DNA from: Macrostomum lignano | Taxonomy: Eukaryota | Assembly: GCA_002269645.1 (NCBI GenBank) | Contig: NIVC01000639.1 | Span: forward strand, 1 to 64,000 | Length of the DNA: 64,000 nt | Reading direction: 5' to 3' | Part shown: piece by piece, positions 12,826 through 28,221 of the stretch | Layout: each line of letters starts with the position of its first letter | Numbering within the stretch: the stretch's first letter is position 1 | Made by a program: the position numbers and the translations under genes | Notes under the pieces: generated by a model | Told to the model about the DNA's origin: nothing | Seen by the model: the letters and a program-made list of their open reading frames with translations, nothing else | Database searches by the model: none

Positions 12826-14740
12826 GGAGTGACACCTCAGCACAGTAAGCAGAGTGACACCCCTCAGCACAGAAAGCAGAGTGACACCTCAGCACAGTAA
12901 GCAAAGTGACACAGTAAGCAGAGTGACACAATCCAGCACAGTAAGCAGAGTGACACACTCCAGCACAGTAAGCAGAGTGACACACTCCAGCACAGTAAGC
13001 AGAGTGACACCCCAGCACAGTAAGCAGAGTGACACCCCAGCACAGTAAGCAGAGTGACACCCCAGCACAGTAAGCAGAGTGACACCCCAGCACAGTAAGC
13101 AGAGTGACACCCCAGCACAGTAAGCAGAGTGACACCCCAGCACAGTAAGCAGAGTGACACTCCAGCACAGTTAGCAGAGTGATACCCCAGCACAGTAAGC
13201 AGAGTGACACTCCAGCACAGTTAGCAGAGTGACACCCCAGCACAGTAAGCAGAGTGACATCCCAGCACAGTAAGCAGAGTGACACCCCAGCACAGTAAGC
13301 AGAGTGACACTCCAGCACAGTAAGCAGAGTGACACCCCAGCACAGTAAGCAAAGTGACACCCCAGCACAGTAAGCAGAGTGACACCCCCCAACCCCCCCC
13401 CCAGCACAGTAAGCAGGGTGACACCCCAGCACAGTAAGCAGGGTGACACCCCAGCACAGTAAACAGGGTGACACCCCAGCACAGTAAACAGGGTGACACC
13501 CCAGCACAGTAAGCAGGGTGACACCCCAGCACAGTAAGCAGGGTGACACCCCAGCACAGTAAGCAGGGTGACACCCCAGCACAGTAAGCAGAGTGACACC
13601 CCCCAGCACAGTAAGCAGAGTGACACCCCCAGCACAGTAAGCAGAGTGACACCCCCGGCACAGTAAGCAGAGTGACACCCCAGCAGAGTAAGCAGGGTGA
13701 CACCCCAGCACAGTAAGCAGGGTGACACCCCAGCACAGTAAGCAGAGTGACACCCCCCAGCACAGTAAGCAGAGTGACACCCCCCAGCACAGTAAGCAGA
13801 GTGACACCCCCCAGCACAGTAAGCAGAGTGACACCCCCAGCACAGTAAGCAGAGTGACACCCCCGGCACAGTAAGCAGAGTGACACCTCAGCACAGTAAG
13901 CAGAGTGACACCCCAGCACAGTAAGCAGAGTGACACTCCAGCACAGTTAGCAGAGTGACACCCCAGCACAGTAAGCAGAGTGACACTCCAGCACAGTTAG
14001 CAGAGTGACACCCCAGCACAGTAAGCAGAGTGACATCCCAGCACAGTAAGCAGAGTGACACCCCAGCACAGTAAGCAGAGTGACACTCCAGCACAGTAAG
14101 CAGAGTGACACCCCAGCACAGTAAGCAAAGTGACACCCAGCACAGTAAGCAGAGTGACACCCCCCAACCCCCCCCCCCCAGCACAGTAAGCAGGGTGACA
14201 CCCCAGCACAGTAAGCAGGGTGACACCCCAGCACAGTAAACAGGGTGACACCCCAGCACAGTAAACAGGGTGACACCCCAGCACAGTAAGCAGGGTGACA
14301 CCCCAGCACAGTAAGCAGGGTGACACCCCAGCACAGTAAGCAGGGTGACACCCCAGCACAGTAAGCAGGGTGACACCCCAGCACAGTAAGCAGAGTGACA
14401 CCCCCCAGCACAGTAAGCAGAGTGACACCCCCCAGCACAGTAAGCAGAGTGACACCCCCGGCACAGTAAGCAGAGTGACACCCCAGCACAGTAAGCAGGG
14501 TGACACCCCAGCACAGTAAGCAGGGTGACACCCCAGCACAGTAAGCAGAGTGACACCCCCCAGCACAGTAAGCAGAGTGACACCCCCCAGCACAGTAAGC
14601 AGAGTGACACCCCCCAGCACAGTAAGCAGAGTGACACCCCCAGCACAGTAAGCAGAGTGACACCCCCGGCACAGTAAGCAGAGTGACACCTCAGCACAGT
14701 AAGCAGAGTGACACCCCAGCACAGTAAGCAGAGTGACACC
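12826..14740. repeat. 24-27-bp minisatellite CAGCACAGTAAGCAGAGTGACACCC with a higher-order duplication
   Basis: Diagnostic variants recur about 776 bp apart (13381 and 14157). Confidence 0.95.
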
Positions 14741-15586
14741 GGGTGGCAGTCAGCGCTGAGCCCAGAGTCCCCGGACTGTTTATCCGCATGTCCCAGCGCG
14801 GCAGGCCGTACGCTGCACTGTTAATTGGGCTGAGGAGGAGCCGCTACACCAACCGGCACGCAGTTGGTAATAAATTATGAAAAAAAGAAATTTTGCGCGA
14901 ATTTTCGTTTACATTTGCTCAGCATGGCTGCACCCCCCCCCCCCCGAGTGGCCGTCGGTCCGGGGCCGGACCTTCCAAAGCGTCTCCCCCGCCTACTCGC
15001 CGCCTTGAGTGATGGAGCAGAGTCTGGGAAGGGGATGCTGAGAGCGTCATCGCCAATTAGAGTCAGCCAGGCCGAGAGTTGAAAGCGTCATCTGTTGCCC
15101 TGCTCAGAGTCTGGCCGGGCGAACAGCGCTCGTATTTTCATAGTGGATTTCTTGTCTTGACTTCCATTCCTTCTCGTCTGTTGCACTTTTCAGATGACGA
15201 GGCGCTTAATTATTTATACGCAGTTATAGTTACTCCGGCCGCCTACTCAAGACTATCATGCGAAAGTGACGGCTTTTGGATGCGGTAGTTGAGAAATGAA
15301 TTTTTCTGACAGCTGCCAGCACCCGCTTTCAGTCGCAGCTCAGCTTCCTTTGAGATCCCACTTCCTGGATGAGCTTCCAAAACTCCCGCAGATCTTTCTG
15401 GCTGGCATTTGGCTCAATAGCGACTGAGTGGCCTGTCACCTCGCTGACCCCGGTTGCCCCCCCCCCCCCCGCGGACTTGGCTTGCGGCTGCAGTCCCGTG
15501 ATGGGAGCCTCTTCCAGTCCTGCGAGGTGGGAGGCTCCCGGAGGAGCGTTGGGTAAAGGGTGGATCTCAGGATTATGGGCGGTTCT

Positions 15587-16045
15587 CTCAGGTAGAGGGG
15601 CGGTTCTCTCAGGTAGAGGGGCGGTTCTCTCAGGTAGAGGGGCGGTTCTCTCAGGTAGAGGGGCGGTTCTCTCAGGTAGAGGGGCGGTTCTCTCAGGTAG
15701 AGGGGCGGTTCTCTCAGGTAGAGGGGCGGTTCTCTCAGGTAGAGGGGCGGTTCTCTCAGGTAGAGGGGTGGTTCTCTCAGGTAGAGGGGCGGTTCTCTCA
15801 GGTAGAGGGGCGGTTCTCTCAGGTAGAGGGGCGGTTCTCTCAGGTAGAGGGGCGGTTCTCTCAGGTAGAGGGGCGGTTCTCTCAGGTAGAGGGGCGGTTC
15901 TCTCAGGTAGAGGGGTGGTTCTCTCAGGTAGAGGGGTGGTTCTCTCAGGTAGAGGGGTGGTTCTCTCAGGTAGAGGGGCGGTTCTCTCAGGTAGAGGGGC
16001 GGTTCTCTCAGGTAGAGGGGCGGTTCTCTTAGGTAGAGGGGCGGA
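15587..16045. repeat. 21-bp minisatellite GCGGTTCTCTCAGGTAGAGGG, about 22 copies
   Basis: Seen directly. Confidence 0.95.
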
Positions 16046-16726
16046 TCTCTCAGCGGGGCGGATCACGAGGTAGGGCTAGTTGAAGACGCAACGAACCGAA
16101 AAGTGACCACACACACCCACACACACACACAGAGCAATTTTCGTCCCATTCCCGAAAGCACCATTGAAGCCGAACGGTTGCCACGGGCTAAAAGTTGCGT
16201 CAAAGGCGCGAGCCCCGCTCCTGAATCAAATTACCAGCTTTGTAGCGCAGCGGCACAGCCGATGGCCTGTCCCAGAACTCATCCGCAGATCTCCGTTCTC
16301 CTCACCATTTCCGCCGGGGCAAATTGAGCACTGCTCGTTAGAGCCTCCCTGCTCACTCCCTGCTCACTCCTTGGCCGTCCTCCCGCAGTCCCCGCCCGGG
16401 TTTTCCCCACAGCTCTCGGGTTTCTGTCTCTGGCAGGGGGCTTCGACACCGGAGATCTCCCCAGATTAAGTGGGGGTTGCGGCGGGAGGGAGGCTGCGCG
16501 GCTTACGGCGGCCGAGGAACTCCGACACCACAGCGCTGCTCTCCGGGCAGGGCGGGGCTCCTGGGATTTGCAATTCGGGATTTCAATGAGCAGCTGTTCA
16601 TTAACTCCCCTCTGCCCCACCCTGGCCTTCAAATAAAACTGATCCCCATCGGGCTGAGGAATCCCCAGCCCGCTTTGACATCTCCTTGCAGTCTGACTCC
16701 GGGCCTCCCCTGCCTCTCCTCTGACT

Positions 16727-16997
16727 CCCTCTGGCTCCCTCTGGCTCCCTCTGGCTCCCTCTGGCTCCCTCTGGCTCCCTCTGGCTCCCTCTGGCTCCCT
16801 CTGGCTCCCTCTGGCTCCCTCTGGCTCCCTCTGGCTCCATCTGGCTCCCTCTGGCTCCTGCCATTTCTGCCCCCCCGCTGACTCCCTCTGGCTCCCTCTG
16901 GCTCCCTCTGGCTCCCTCTGGCTCCCTCTGGCTCCCTCTGGCTCCATCTGGCTCCCTCTGGCTCCCTCTGGCTCCCTCTGGCTCCCTCTGGCTCCCT
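16727..16997. repeat. (CTGGCTCCCT)n
   Basis: Seen directly. Confidence 0.93.
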
Positions 16998-17779
16998 GTC
17001 CGTCTTCTCTCTCACCCTCTCCTCCCCTTTCCATTTGACTTTCCCGCTCTTCCATTCACCTGCAGCCGGCCACCCCGCCCTTTCCTGACCTCCCCTCGCT
17101 TTCACTTTCTGCGGTCTCCTTTCTTAACCCCGCAAAGTCCGCTCGGCGTTCCGTCGATGACGGAAGTGGCGAACTTCGAGAGGGCAAATATCCGCTGGGT
17201 TATGTAAAACCTGAGCCGCAGCCCCCCCCCCTGAGCTCACGTGATACTGGGGATTTTGATCTCAACTCCAGTTGAAGCTTATCCTGCTCCTCCTCCCCAA
17301 GGTAGGAATTGGCGAGCTGCTCCGAGAAAATGAGACACTTGCCCTCCGAGCCCTCAGCCTCTCGACCTCCCGATCAGGCTGGTGGCTTCATCAATCCGCC
17401 GGGGCAGCTGGGCTCATGTTTGCCCGGCCCTGAGAGTAAACGAAGGTGTTGGCAGCGGCGCATGCTGAGCAGGGGTTGCCGGGGTCTCCAGCTGAGAGGC
17501 CGCTCAACTCGGTGAAAAGCAATAAATTCAATTCTAGCAACTTGTCTGAAAGGTGCGCTCGTACTTATCTGCACGCCAAACGGGTTTCAGGTGAATCAAC
17601 AGGTTGAGAACTTGTCAACTGAGCTGAAACTCTCTGGCCTTGGTCCACCTGTGTTGACTGGGCGCCTGTCATTGGCCCCCTGTCTGTCCTCAAACAGATC
17701 TCAGTTTCTAACCGGCAGCTCTGGGGTCTTCAACAATCCAAGTTTGAGCCGTGAAGATTCGCGGGCGGCTGCAAAGATT

Positions 17780-18019
17780 CCTTGTTCTGATATTGTATAT
17801 GAGCTAGACTGCTGTTCAGTCCAAGGACTGGGGGGTCGCCACACACACCCTCAATTGCCCCAGCTAATGCTGGCACCCATTTTACAGCTGGGTGAACTGA
17901 AGCAATGCACAGATTTGAGTGTCTTGCTCACGGACACAAATTGTTCCGAGTAGGTCGAGAATCGAACCCCAGACCTTTCAGTCGCGAGTCCGACGCTCTA
18001 ACCAGCAGGCTACAACCCC
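17780..18019 (-). mobile_element. tRNA-derived SINE with CORE-like domain
   Basis: Minus strand box A TAGCCTGCTGGTTAGAG and box B GGTTCGATTC (17959-17968), then TGTGTCCGTGAGCAAGACACTCAA...TGCTTCAGTTCACCCAGCTGTAAATGGG (about 17875-17940), which resembles the CORE/MIR domain. 3' boundary uncertain. Confidence 0.75.
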
Positions 18020-18266
18020 TTTTAGAAGGGGGTTGGTCAGATTGGTATGCACAGGCTGGTGATGCTCTGCGGGAAACCCGGAGAATGCCTTCACAATTCC
18101 TTCGACAAATAGGTGCTAAAACATTGGATTCCTTCCGGTATATCCAATTGCCTTTGGAAAACTGAAACCAGTCAACAGCACCAGAGGGTAAAATGTGTTC
18201 AGGCTAGATTGACACATCCGCACACTGCCAGCGCTCCAGCATCCGGGATGCCTCCTCATTCCAGAC

Positions 18267-19591
18267 ATGACCGACGCAGGCGAAGGCGCCAGCCTACTGG
18301 AGGATCTTGTCGACACTTCGCCGGTGCCATCGACAGCGGCGCCCGCGAACGCCGCCAAGGACCCGCTGCACCTGACGGCCTACACGGTGATGGCGGCCAT
18401 CATGGCGGTGGGCCTGGCCGGCAACCTCATCGTGCTGCTCGTGTACGCCAGGAAGAAGGACGGCCACGCCGCCAACGTCTTCATCCTCAGCCTGGCCGTG
18501 TCGGACCTCATCGCCTGCTGCCTGGTCATCCCATGTCCATCGCCATGGAGGTCAACGACTACATGAGCAGCGCGCTGGCCTGCAAGCTGTACTACCTGCT
18601 GAACTGCAGCGGCATCCCCTTCTCGTCCATGCTCATGGCCGCCATCGCGGTTGAGCGCTACTTCTGCATCTGCCGGCCCTTCCTGCGCGCCATCACGGTG
18701 CCGCGCGCCAAGGCCATCGTGCTGAGCCTCGGCGCCGTCGCCTTCTCCCTCGGCCTGGCCATCGCCGTCTTCTGCAGCGTGGTCGTCCGCCGCGTCGACG
18801 GCGACATTGGCAACGGCACAGAGACAGCCGCGTTGGAGTTCGCCGACTACGGCGAGTGTCGCGAGATCAGCGAGCTGAAGCGCAGCCTCGCCAACGAGTC
18901 AGCGGCCACAGCATCGCGGATCACAATCTCAGACGCCAGCCTGGTGTTCTTCAACATCTTCCAGAAGCTGCACCTGTCCCTGTTCGGCGTCTGCATCGCG
19001 CTGGTGTTCGCTCTGTACGTCCGCATCTACCTGTCCGTGCTGCGCCTGCGCCGCAAGAAGCGCGAGCGGCAGCAGAACCGCCAGCAGCTCGAGCGGCTCG
19101 GCACCGTCGCCAACAACGGGGGCGGAGGCGACGCCGGCGCCGAAGAGCCGCGGCCAAGCGGCGGCCGGGCGCAGAGCCGGCGCAAGTCGCTTCGCCTGGT
19201 GGACAGCGACGCGCTGCAGAACCTGAAGACTGCCGCCATGCTGTTCGTGGTGACCATCGTCTTCACGGGCACCTTCATCCCCGCCGCGCTGATGATCGTG
19301 AAAGTGATCGGCTTCAACGTGCTCATCTTCTACCTGTACTACCTGACCCACGCCACCAACCCGCTCATCTACTGCTTCATGAACCGCAACTTTCGCGAGG
19401 ACCTGCGAAAACTTTTCTGCCCTGGAGCCGCCCAACAGCGGCAGCAGCGGGAGCGGCAGCGGCTGCAGGAGCAGCATCAGCAGCGGCAGCAGCAGGTGCA
19501 GCAGCGGCTTCTTCAGACGCCTGAGAACCTCGACACTGCCGAAGAAGAGCGGCAGGAGTGCCGCGAGTGGATTGAGGCCTCCTGCGTGTGA
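18267..19591 (+). CDS. Intronless class A (rhodopsin-like) orphan peptide-type GPCR, one 1-bp deletion near 18531
   Basis: TM1 GLAGN, TM2 LAVSD, TM3 AVERY, TM7 NPLIY. Adding one C in ATC-CC(C)-ATG joins ORFs 18267.. and 18113.. into a 7TM protein. Confidence 0.92.
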
Positions 19592-19636
19592 CCGGCCGTC
19601 TGCGCTTGAGCTGATGAGGTCAAGCAGACACTTCCT

Positions 19637-19771
19637 GACCCTGCGCTGGGACAAGGCGAACACTGACTGACCCTGCGCTGGGACAAGGCGAACACTGACT
19701 GACCCTGCGCTGGGACAAGGCAAACACTGCCTGACCCTGCGCTGGGACAAGGCGAACACTGACTGACCCTC
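19637..19771. repeat. 32-bp tandem repeat x4 downstream of the GPCR
   Basis: GACCCTGCGCTGGGACAAGGCGAACACTGACT. Confidence 0.9.
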
Positions 19772-19939
19772 GAGTATAAAGTAGTGACCGATTTGTAGTA
19801 ATTTTTAATAACTTTTTTACATTCAATCTATTTGTGAGCGTCAGAATGCATCAAGTACTCGCTCGTGTTGATTGCAGGTTTAGAAGCAATTTTAGAGGTA
19901 TTTCATCGAAACACTACGAGCGTATTCAGGTACATTCGG

Positions 19940-21897
19940 GAACATTCAGACACATTCAGACACATTCAGACACATTCAGACACATTCAGACACATGCAGA
20001 CACATGAAGACACATGAAGACACATGAAGACACATGAAGACACATGAAGACACATGAAGACACATGAAGACACATGAAGACACATGCATACACATTAAGA
20101 CACATGCAGACACATGAAGACACATGCATACACATTAAGACACATGCAGACACATTAAAACACATGAAGACACATGCAGACACATTGGGCCGTATGCAGA
20201 AAGCCAAGTCCAGACTAGCTAGTCCGGACTTGTGTAGTTCAGTCTATAGTCTATGGTCTAGCTAGCCTAGTTCTGCTATAGTAGACTGGTCTAACTTTGC
20301 GTTTCTGCATACCAAATCCAAGTCCAGACTAGCTTTTCAAGACCGGACTACCCTAGACAGAGCTTTCTGCATACGGCCCATTAAGACACATGAAGACACA
20401 TGAAGACACATGCATACACATTAAGACACATGAAGACACATGCAGACACATGCAGACACATGAAGACACATGAAGGCACATGAAGACACATGCATACACA
20501 TTAAGACACATGCAGACACATGAAGACACATTAAGACACATGCATACACATTAAGACACATGCAGACACATGCAGACACATTAAGACACATGAAGACACA
20601 TGCAGACACATTAAGACACATGAAGACACATGCAGACACATGCAGACACATGAAGACACATGAAGACACATGAAGACACATTCAGACACATTCAGACACA
20701 TGCAGACACATGAAGACACATTAAGACACATGCATACACATTAAGACACATGCAGACACATGAAGACACATGCATACACATTAAGACACATGCAGACACA
20801 TTCAGACACATTCAGACACATTCAGACACATGCAGACACATGAAGACACATGAAGACACATGAAGACACATGAAGACACATGAAGACACATGAAGACACA
20901 TGCAGACACATGAAGACACATGAAGACACATGCAGACACAAGAAGACACATGAAGACACATGAAGACACATGAAGACACATAAAGACACATGCAGACACA
21001 AGAAGACACATGAAGACACATGAAGACACATGAAGACACATGAAGACACATGAAGACACATGCAGACACGTTAAGACACATGAAGACACATGCAGACACA
21101 TGCAGACACATGAAGACACATGCATACACATTAAGACACATGCAGACACATGAAGACACATGAAGACACATGCATACACATTAAGACACATGCAGACACA
21201 TGAAGACACATGCATACACATTAAGACACATGCAGACACATTAAAACACATGAAGACACATGCAGACACATGAAGACACATGCATACACATTAAGACACA
21301 TGCAGACACATGAAGACACATGCAGACACATTAGGACACATGAAGACACATGCAGGCACATTAAGACACATGAAGACACATTAAAACACATTCAGACACA
21401 TGAAGACACATGCAGACACATTAAGACACATTAAGACACATGCAGGCACATTAAGACACATGCAGACACATTAAAACACGTGAAGACACATGCAGACACA
21501 TGAAGACACATGCATACACATTAAGACACATTAAGACACATGAAGACACATGCAGGCACATTAAGACACATGAAGACACATGCAGGCATATGAAGACACA
21601 TGCATACACATTAAGACACATGCAGACACATTAAGACACATTAAGACACATGCAGGCACATTAAGACACATGCAGGCACATTAAGACACATGAAGACACA
21701 TGCAGGCACATTAAGACACATGAAGACATTTGCAGGCACATTAAGACACATGAAGACACATGCAGGCACATTAAGACACATGAAGACACATGCAGACACA
21801 TTAAGACACATGAAGACACATGCAGGCACATTAAGACACATGAAGACACATGCAGGCACATTAAGACACATGAAGACATTAAAACACATGAAGACAC
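19940..21897. repeat. 10-bp satellite (GAAGACACAT and variants)
   Basis: Seen directly; interrupted by a MITE at 20187-20379. Confidence 0.95.
20187..20379. mobile_element. 193-bp MITE, PIF/Harbinger-like
   Basis: Perfect 18-bp TIRs GGGCCGTATGCAGAAAGC / GCTTTCTGCATACGGCCC and 3-bp duplication ATT (20184-20186, 20380-20382). Confidence 0.85.
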
Positions 21898-22689
21898 ATG
21901 ATAAAGAGCATTTTATGACACTGGGACAGACAAAAGTACATAAAGCATTCAGGACAGGCAAATTTGCAGAAGCTCAGCTCAGTCTCACCCAGACGGACGC
22001 ACCGCAGTCCTGCACTAATCCTGACAGGCCAGTTTAAGCAGATAATAAAATCAACCCCTGCAACTATGCGACCCCCTTCAAAAACTTTCACCTGTTGCTG
22101 TAATTACTTTCGCTTCGTGTTAATTTTCTTCAGCGCGTCTTTTTGCACACAAACCCCGCGTCTTTAATCAGTTCAATGCGAGCGGGTGCGGCGCCAGCCG
22201 CTGGGCAGCTCACAATGCAGCCCTCAATACGGCTCACAATGCAGCCCTCAATACGGCTCACAATGCAGCCCTAATCAGCTCCGCAGCCTGAGCGAGTGCA
22301 CGCATGCTTTACCTATTTTTACTTTTTCGGATCATTTTTTCGGGCTTGTCGAGGGGGTTGGAAGCTGGCTAAGAAGCCCCGAAGCCACTCTGGGACAGCC
22401 AAATAAATATATGGCCCTCCCAGCCACAGCAGCAGCCTGGGGCATCAGTGCGCATCGATCTCCACTGCGCCAGTAATGAGCCAGCGAAGCTGCTGCGAAG
22501 CCAGCCTCAGCTCGTGTGTCGCATAAATCACCTGCCGCCGTCTGCCCGCTGGCTGCCGCATCTGGCTTGGCGGGCACAATGCAAACCGGAACTCCCCTGA
22601 CTTCCGGACTTTCCCTCTCACAAGGCCCGCTGCCCCCCCTCAGTGCAACTGGCTGCCTTCTGACCTCTGACCACTCACCCCCTGCTGTC

Positions 22690-23455
22690 TTCTCTCCTGT
22701 GTCTCCTGTCTCTCTTACCTGTGTCTCCTGTGTCTCCTGTATCTCTTACCTGTGTCTCCTGTGCCTCCTGTATCTCTTACCTGTGTCTCCTGTGTCTCCT
22801 GTATCTCTTGGCTGTGTCTCCTGTGTCTCTTACCTGTGTCTCCCGTGTCTCTTACTTGTGTCTCCTGTGTCTCTTACCTGTGTCTCCTGTATCTCTTACC
22901 TGTGTCTCCCGTGTCTCTTACCTATGTCCCTGTGTCTCCTGTGTCTCTTACCTGTGTCTCCTGTGTCTCCTGTATCTCTTATCTCTCACCCCCTGTTGTC
23001 CTGCTGTCTCCTGTGTCTCCCGTATCTCTTACTTGTGCATCCTGTATCTCTTACCTGTGCCTCCTGTATCTCTTACCTGTGTCCCTGTGTCTCCTGTGTC
23101 TCTTACCTGTGTCTCTTACCTGTCTCCTGTGTCTCTTACCTGTGTCTCCCGTGTCTCTTACCTGTGTCTCCTGTGTCTCTTACCTGTCTCCTGTGTCTCT
23201 TACTTGTGTCTCTTACCTGTGTCTCCTATATCTTACCTGTGTCTCCTGTGTCTTGTACTTGTGTCTCCTATGTCTCCTGTGTCTTACCTGTGTCTCTTGC
23301 GTTTCTTGTGTCTCCTGTGCCTCCTGTGTCTTACCTGTGTCTTCTGTCTCCTGTGTTTTACCTGTGCTTTACCTGTACTGGAGTCCCCCAGTTTACCTGT
23401 GTCTCCTATGCCTCCTGTGGCTCTTACCTGTGTCTACTGTGTCTGTTACCTCTGT
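22690..23455. repeat. Degenerate TGTCTCCTGTGTCTCTTACC minisatellite
   Basis: Seen directly; the minus strand contains CAG-GTAAGA in many units. Confidence 0.88.
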
Positions 23456-23803
23456 CTCTCACTCGCCCGCCCCTCCCCTTCCCCAACAGCAGCCAGCCGA
23501 AGCTGCAGTGGACGACGGCTGTCCTGAAGTTTCTCTTTACATTCAATTGCTACGACCGACAACGCAAGCCGGCAGAAATGCAAAGGGGCAGCACAGGAGT
23601 GTCCCGTTAGCAACAGCATGGCAACCTCAGTTTTTGTTTATCCGAACTGGCACACAATAGGGAAGTCCCCCTGCTAAGCCAGTTCGTTCCCGTCACGGCA
23701 AAGCCCAACACCTGAGAGCCCCAGTTTGGCATCTGCGCCCGGCAAGTTCAACTTTTTCACCCGACAGCCGCAGCGCTGGCGGAGAGCAGGCGGCAAACAT
23801 GAA

Positions 23804-23923
<120 letters not shown>

Positions 23924-24789
23924 CTACTTTCCAATTTCCCCGGCAAAATCTGAGAGCATCACTAGCAAATGTTAGGCGCCCATACACACAGCCCGCATCT
24001 ACCATAAATATGGCCTTGAGAATGATTGATGACCAAGCAACGAGACTCTACACCAAGAACCACTTTAGACAAATTGGTCAAAAAAATTGTTAAAAATATT
24101 TGAAGGCGAAATTACGTTTCGCATTGCATTGGCGACATAGGAAGGTTTCGCTTGTGCCATTCTAAGACGTTTAGCACAGGTTATGTTTGCAGGCGGGCAG
24201 TTCAGAAGAAAATTTGAAGCCTACTGGCTACTACTAAAAGTAGCGAGTCCCTGTTCTCAACTTGAGCCGCCGTCTATTTTTGGCCAGCATCCTCCTGTCT
24301 ATGGCAGTTTTGCCTCATCTTAACGGAGGATTCGATGGCCGCACCGGTGCACCCGCTACTTTCTTGCCCAGCGCGCCGTCCGAAGACAGCTAGCGAGGCT
24401 GGCGCGGCCGCGTCCCGGGATGCCCTGCTCGCCCGCCGCCAAGCAGCAGCGCTCAGGCGCCATCGCGCCGTCACGGAGCGGCCAGAAGCAGCAAAAGCAG
24501 CAGCGGCAGAGTCGGCAGAAGCAGCCGCTGCAGAAGCGGCACCGGCTGTCCAGCAGGAGAGGCTGCGAAATCTGCCCGATGCTCGGCGAAATCGACCTGG
24601 TCCGAAGGGTCATCGACTCGCGGACGACCGCCCACGAGATGACGCCGCGAATTTCGGCGGCAAGCATCGGGCGGAGGCAGCGGTCGGCCACTGGGGTTTC
24701 TGCGACTGGCGCGCCCTCCGGCTTTTGGTTGCGGGAGCGGCCGGTCTCGCAGCAGCAGCCTGCCAAGTAGGTCCAGGTGGCTTCTTGCA

Positions 24790-27120
<2,331 letters not shown>

Positions 27121-27429
27121 CCTGCTTGTCTGCTATCGATCTCTGCATTTATTTATCTGAATGTCTATGAGACAATTGTGGCTCCAACCGTGAAGCCACA
27201 GAGCGTACACTACATGCCTGTACACCCTGTCTGAGCGTGTGGCTGCGTACAGAATCCACTTGCGCGCGCACTCAGGGGTCGGCGGAATGGGCATGACTGC
27301 CTGCCTCTTCAGATGGGTCGCAAACAGTACGAGAAGTTAAGCAGAGTAGGTCGCGGTTAGAAAGCAGCTGAACAGGTTTGAACATTGCGTCTTACTAGCG
27401 ACTTTGCCGAGAGCGGCAAACTAAGCTGA

Positions 27430-27705
27430 GCTGCAGCTCACCCTGATGTGATTGGGCACCAGCTCTGAGCTGCAGCTCACCCTGTTGTGATTTGGCACCA
27501 GCTCTGAACTGCAGCTCACCCTGCTGTGATTGGGCACCAGCTCTGAGCTGCAGCTCACCCTGTTGTGATTGGACACCAGCTCTGAGCTGCAGCTCACCCT
27601 GCTGTGATTGGGCACCAGCTCTGAGCTGCAGCTCACCCTGCTGTGATTGGGCACCAGCTCTGAGCTGCAGCTCACCCTGCTGTGATTAGGCACCAGCTCT
27701 GAGCT
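27430..27705. repeat. 39-bp minisatellite, about 7 copies
   Basis: AGCTCTGAGCTGCAGCTCACCCTGCTGTGATTGGGCACC. Confidence 0.93.
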
Positions 27706-27961
27706 CCGTTAGAAACGCAGGGTGGGAGTCGAGACACTCTCCGGCCTCAGCGCTGTAGCACCAAGAACTTCGATGTCCACAGATGAGGTTCCACAGCTCA
27801 GCGGTCAAGACATGCGGCAGACGCAGAGTAAAGACTCAGACAGCGGTGCTGGTTTATCGCGAGTTCGAATGTCAATTTGATGCGAATTTATTCAGAGTTG
27901 CTCACACAGCTAGGAAGTCAGGAAGGTGCAATAGACTTTTTGCGTCGGGTATTCTTTACTC

Positions 27962-28221
27962 AGGCAAGCCAGAACCTCCTGCACTCCACGCGTCTCAGGT
28001 CCGCCAACAACCAGGTGGTGATCAGCCCTGCCAAGCAGCCCGCGAAGATGGCGCAGAGGCCGTCGAATGACAAAGCCGGGCTCGACACGAAGCAGCCGCC
28101 GACGAAGCAACTGGGCGGCATCATCAGCGTCTCCAAGCGGAACTGGAAGCAGGCAGAGCCGGCGGCAGCCGGAAGCAGCTCAGGAAAATCGGCCGGGAAA
28201 AGCGGCGTTGCACAGGACTGA
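27962..28221 (+). other. Possible terminal coding exon of an unidentified gene
   Basis: Acceptor-like tctttactcag, then a GC3-rich open frame ASQNLLHSTRLRSANNQVV...GVAQD*; no recognisable domain. Confidence 0.3.

Noticed and set aside
17945-18019. Functional tRNA gene
   Set aside because: No proper acceptor stem or terminator; it continues directly into a CORE-like SINE body
18113-18535. 492-aa ORF N-terminus as the real GPCR start
   Set aside because: TM1-TM2 are encoded in the other frame from ATG 18267; this N-terminal part is the out-of-frame reading
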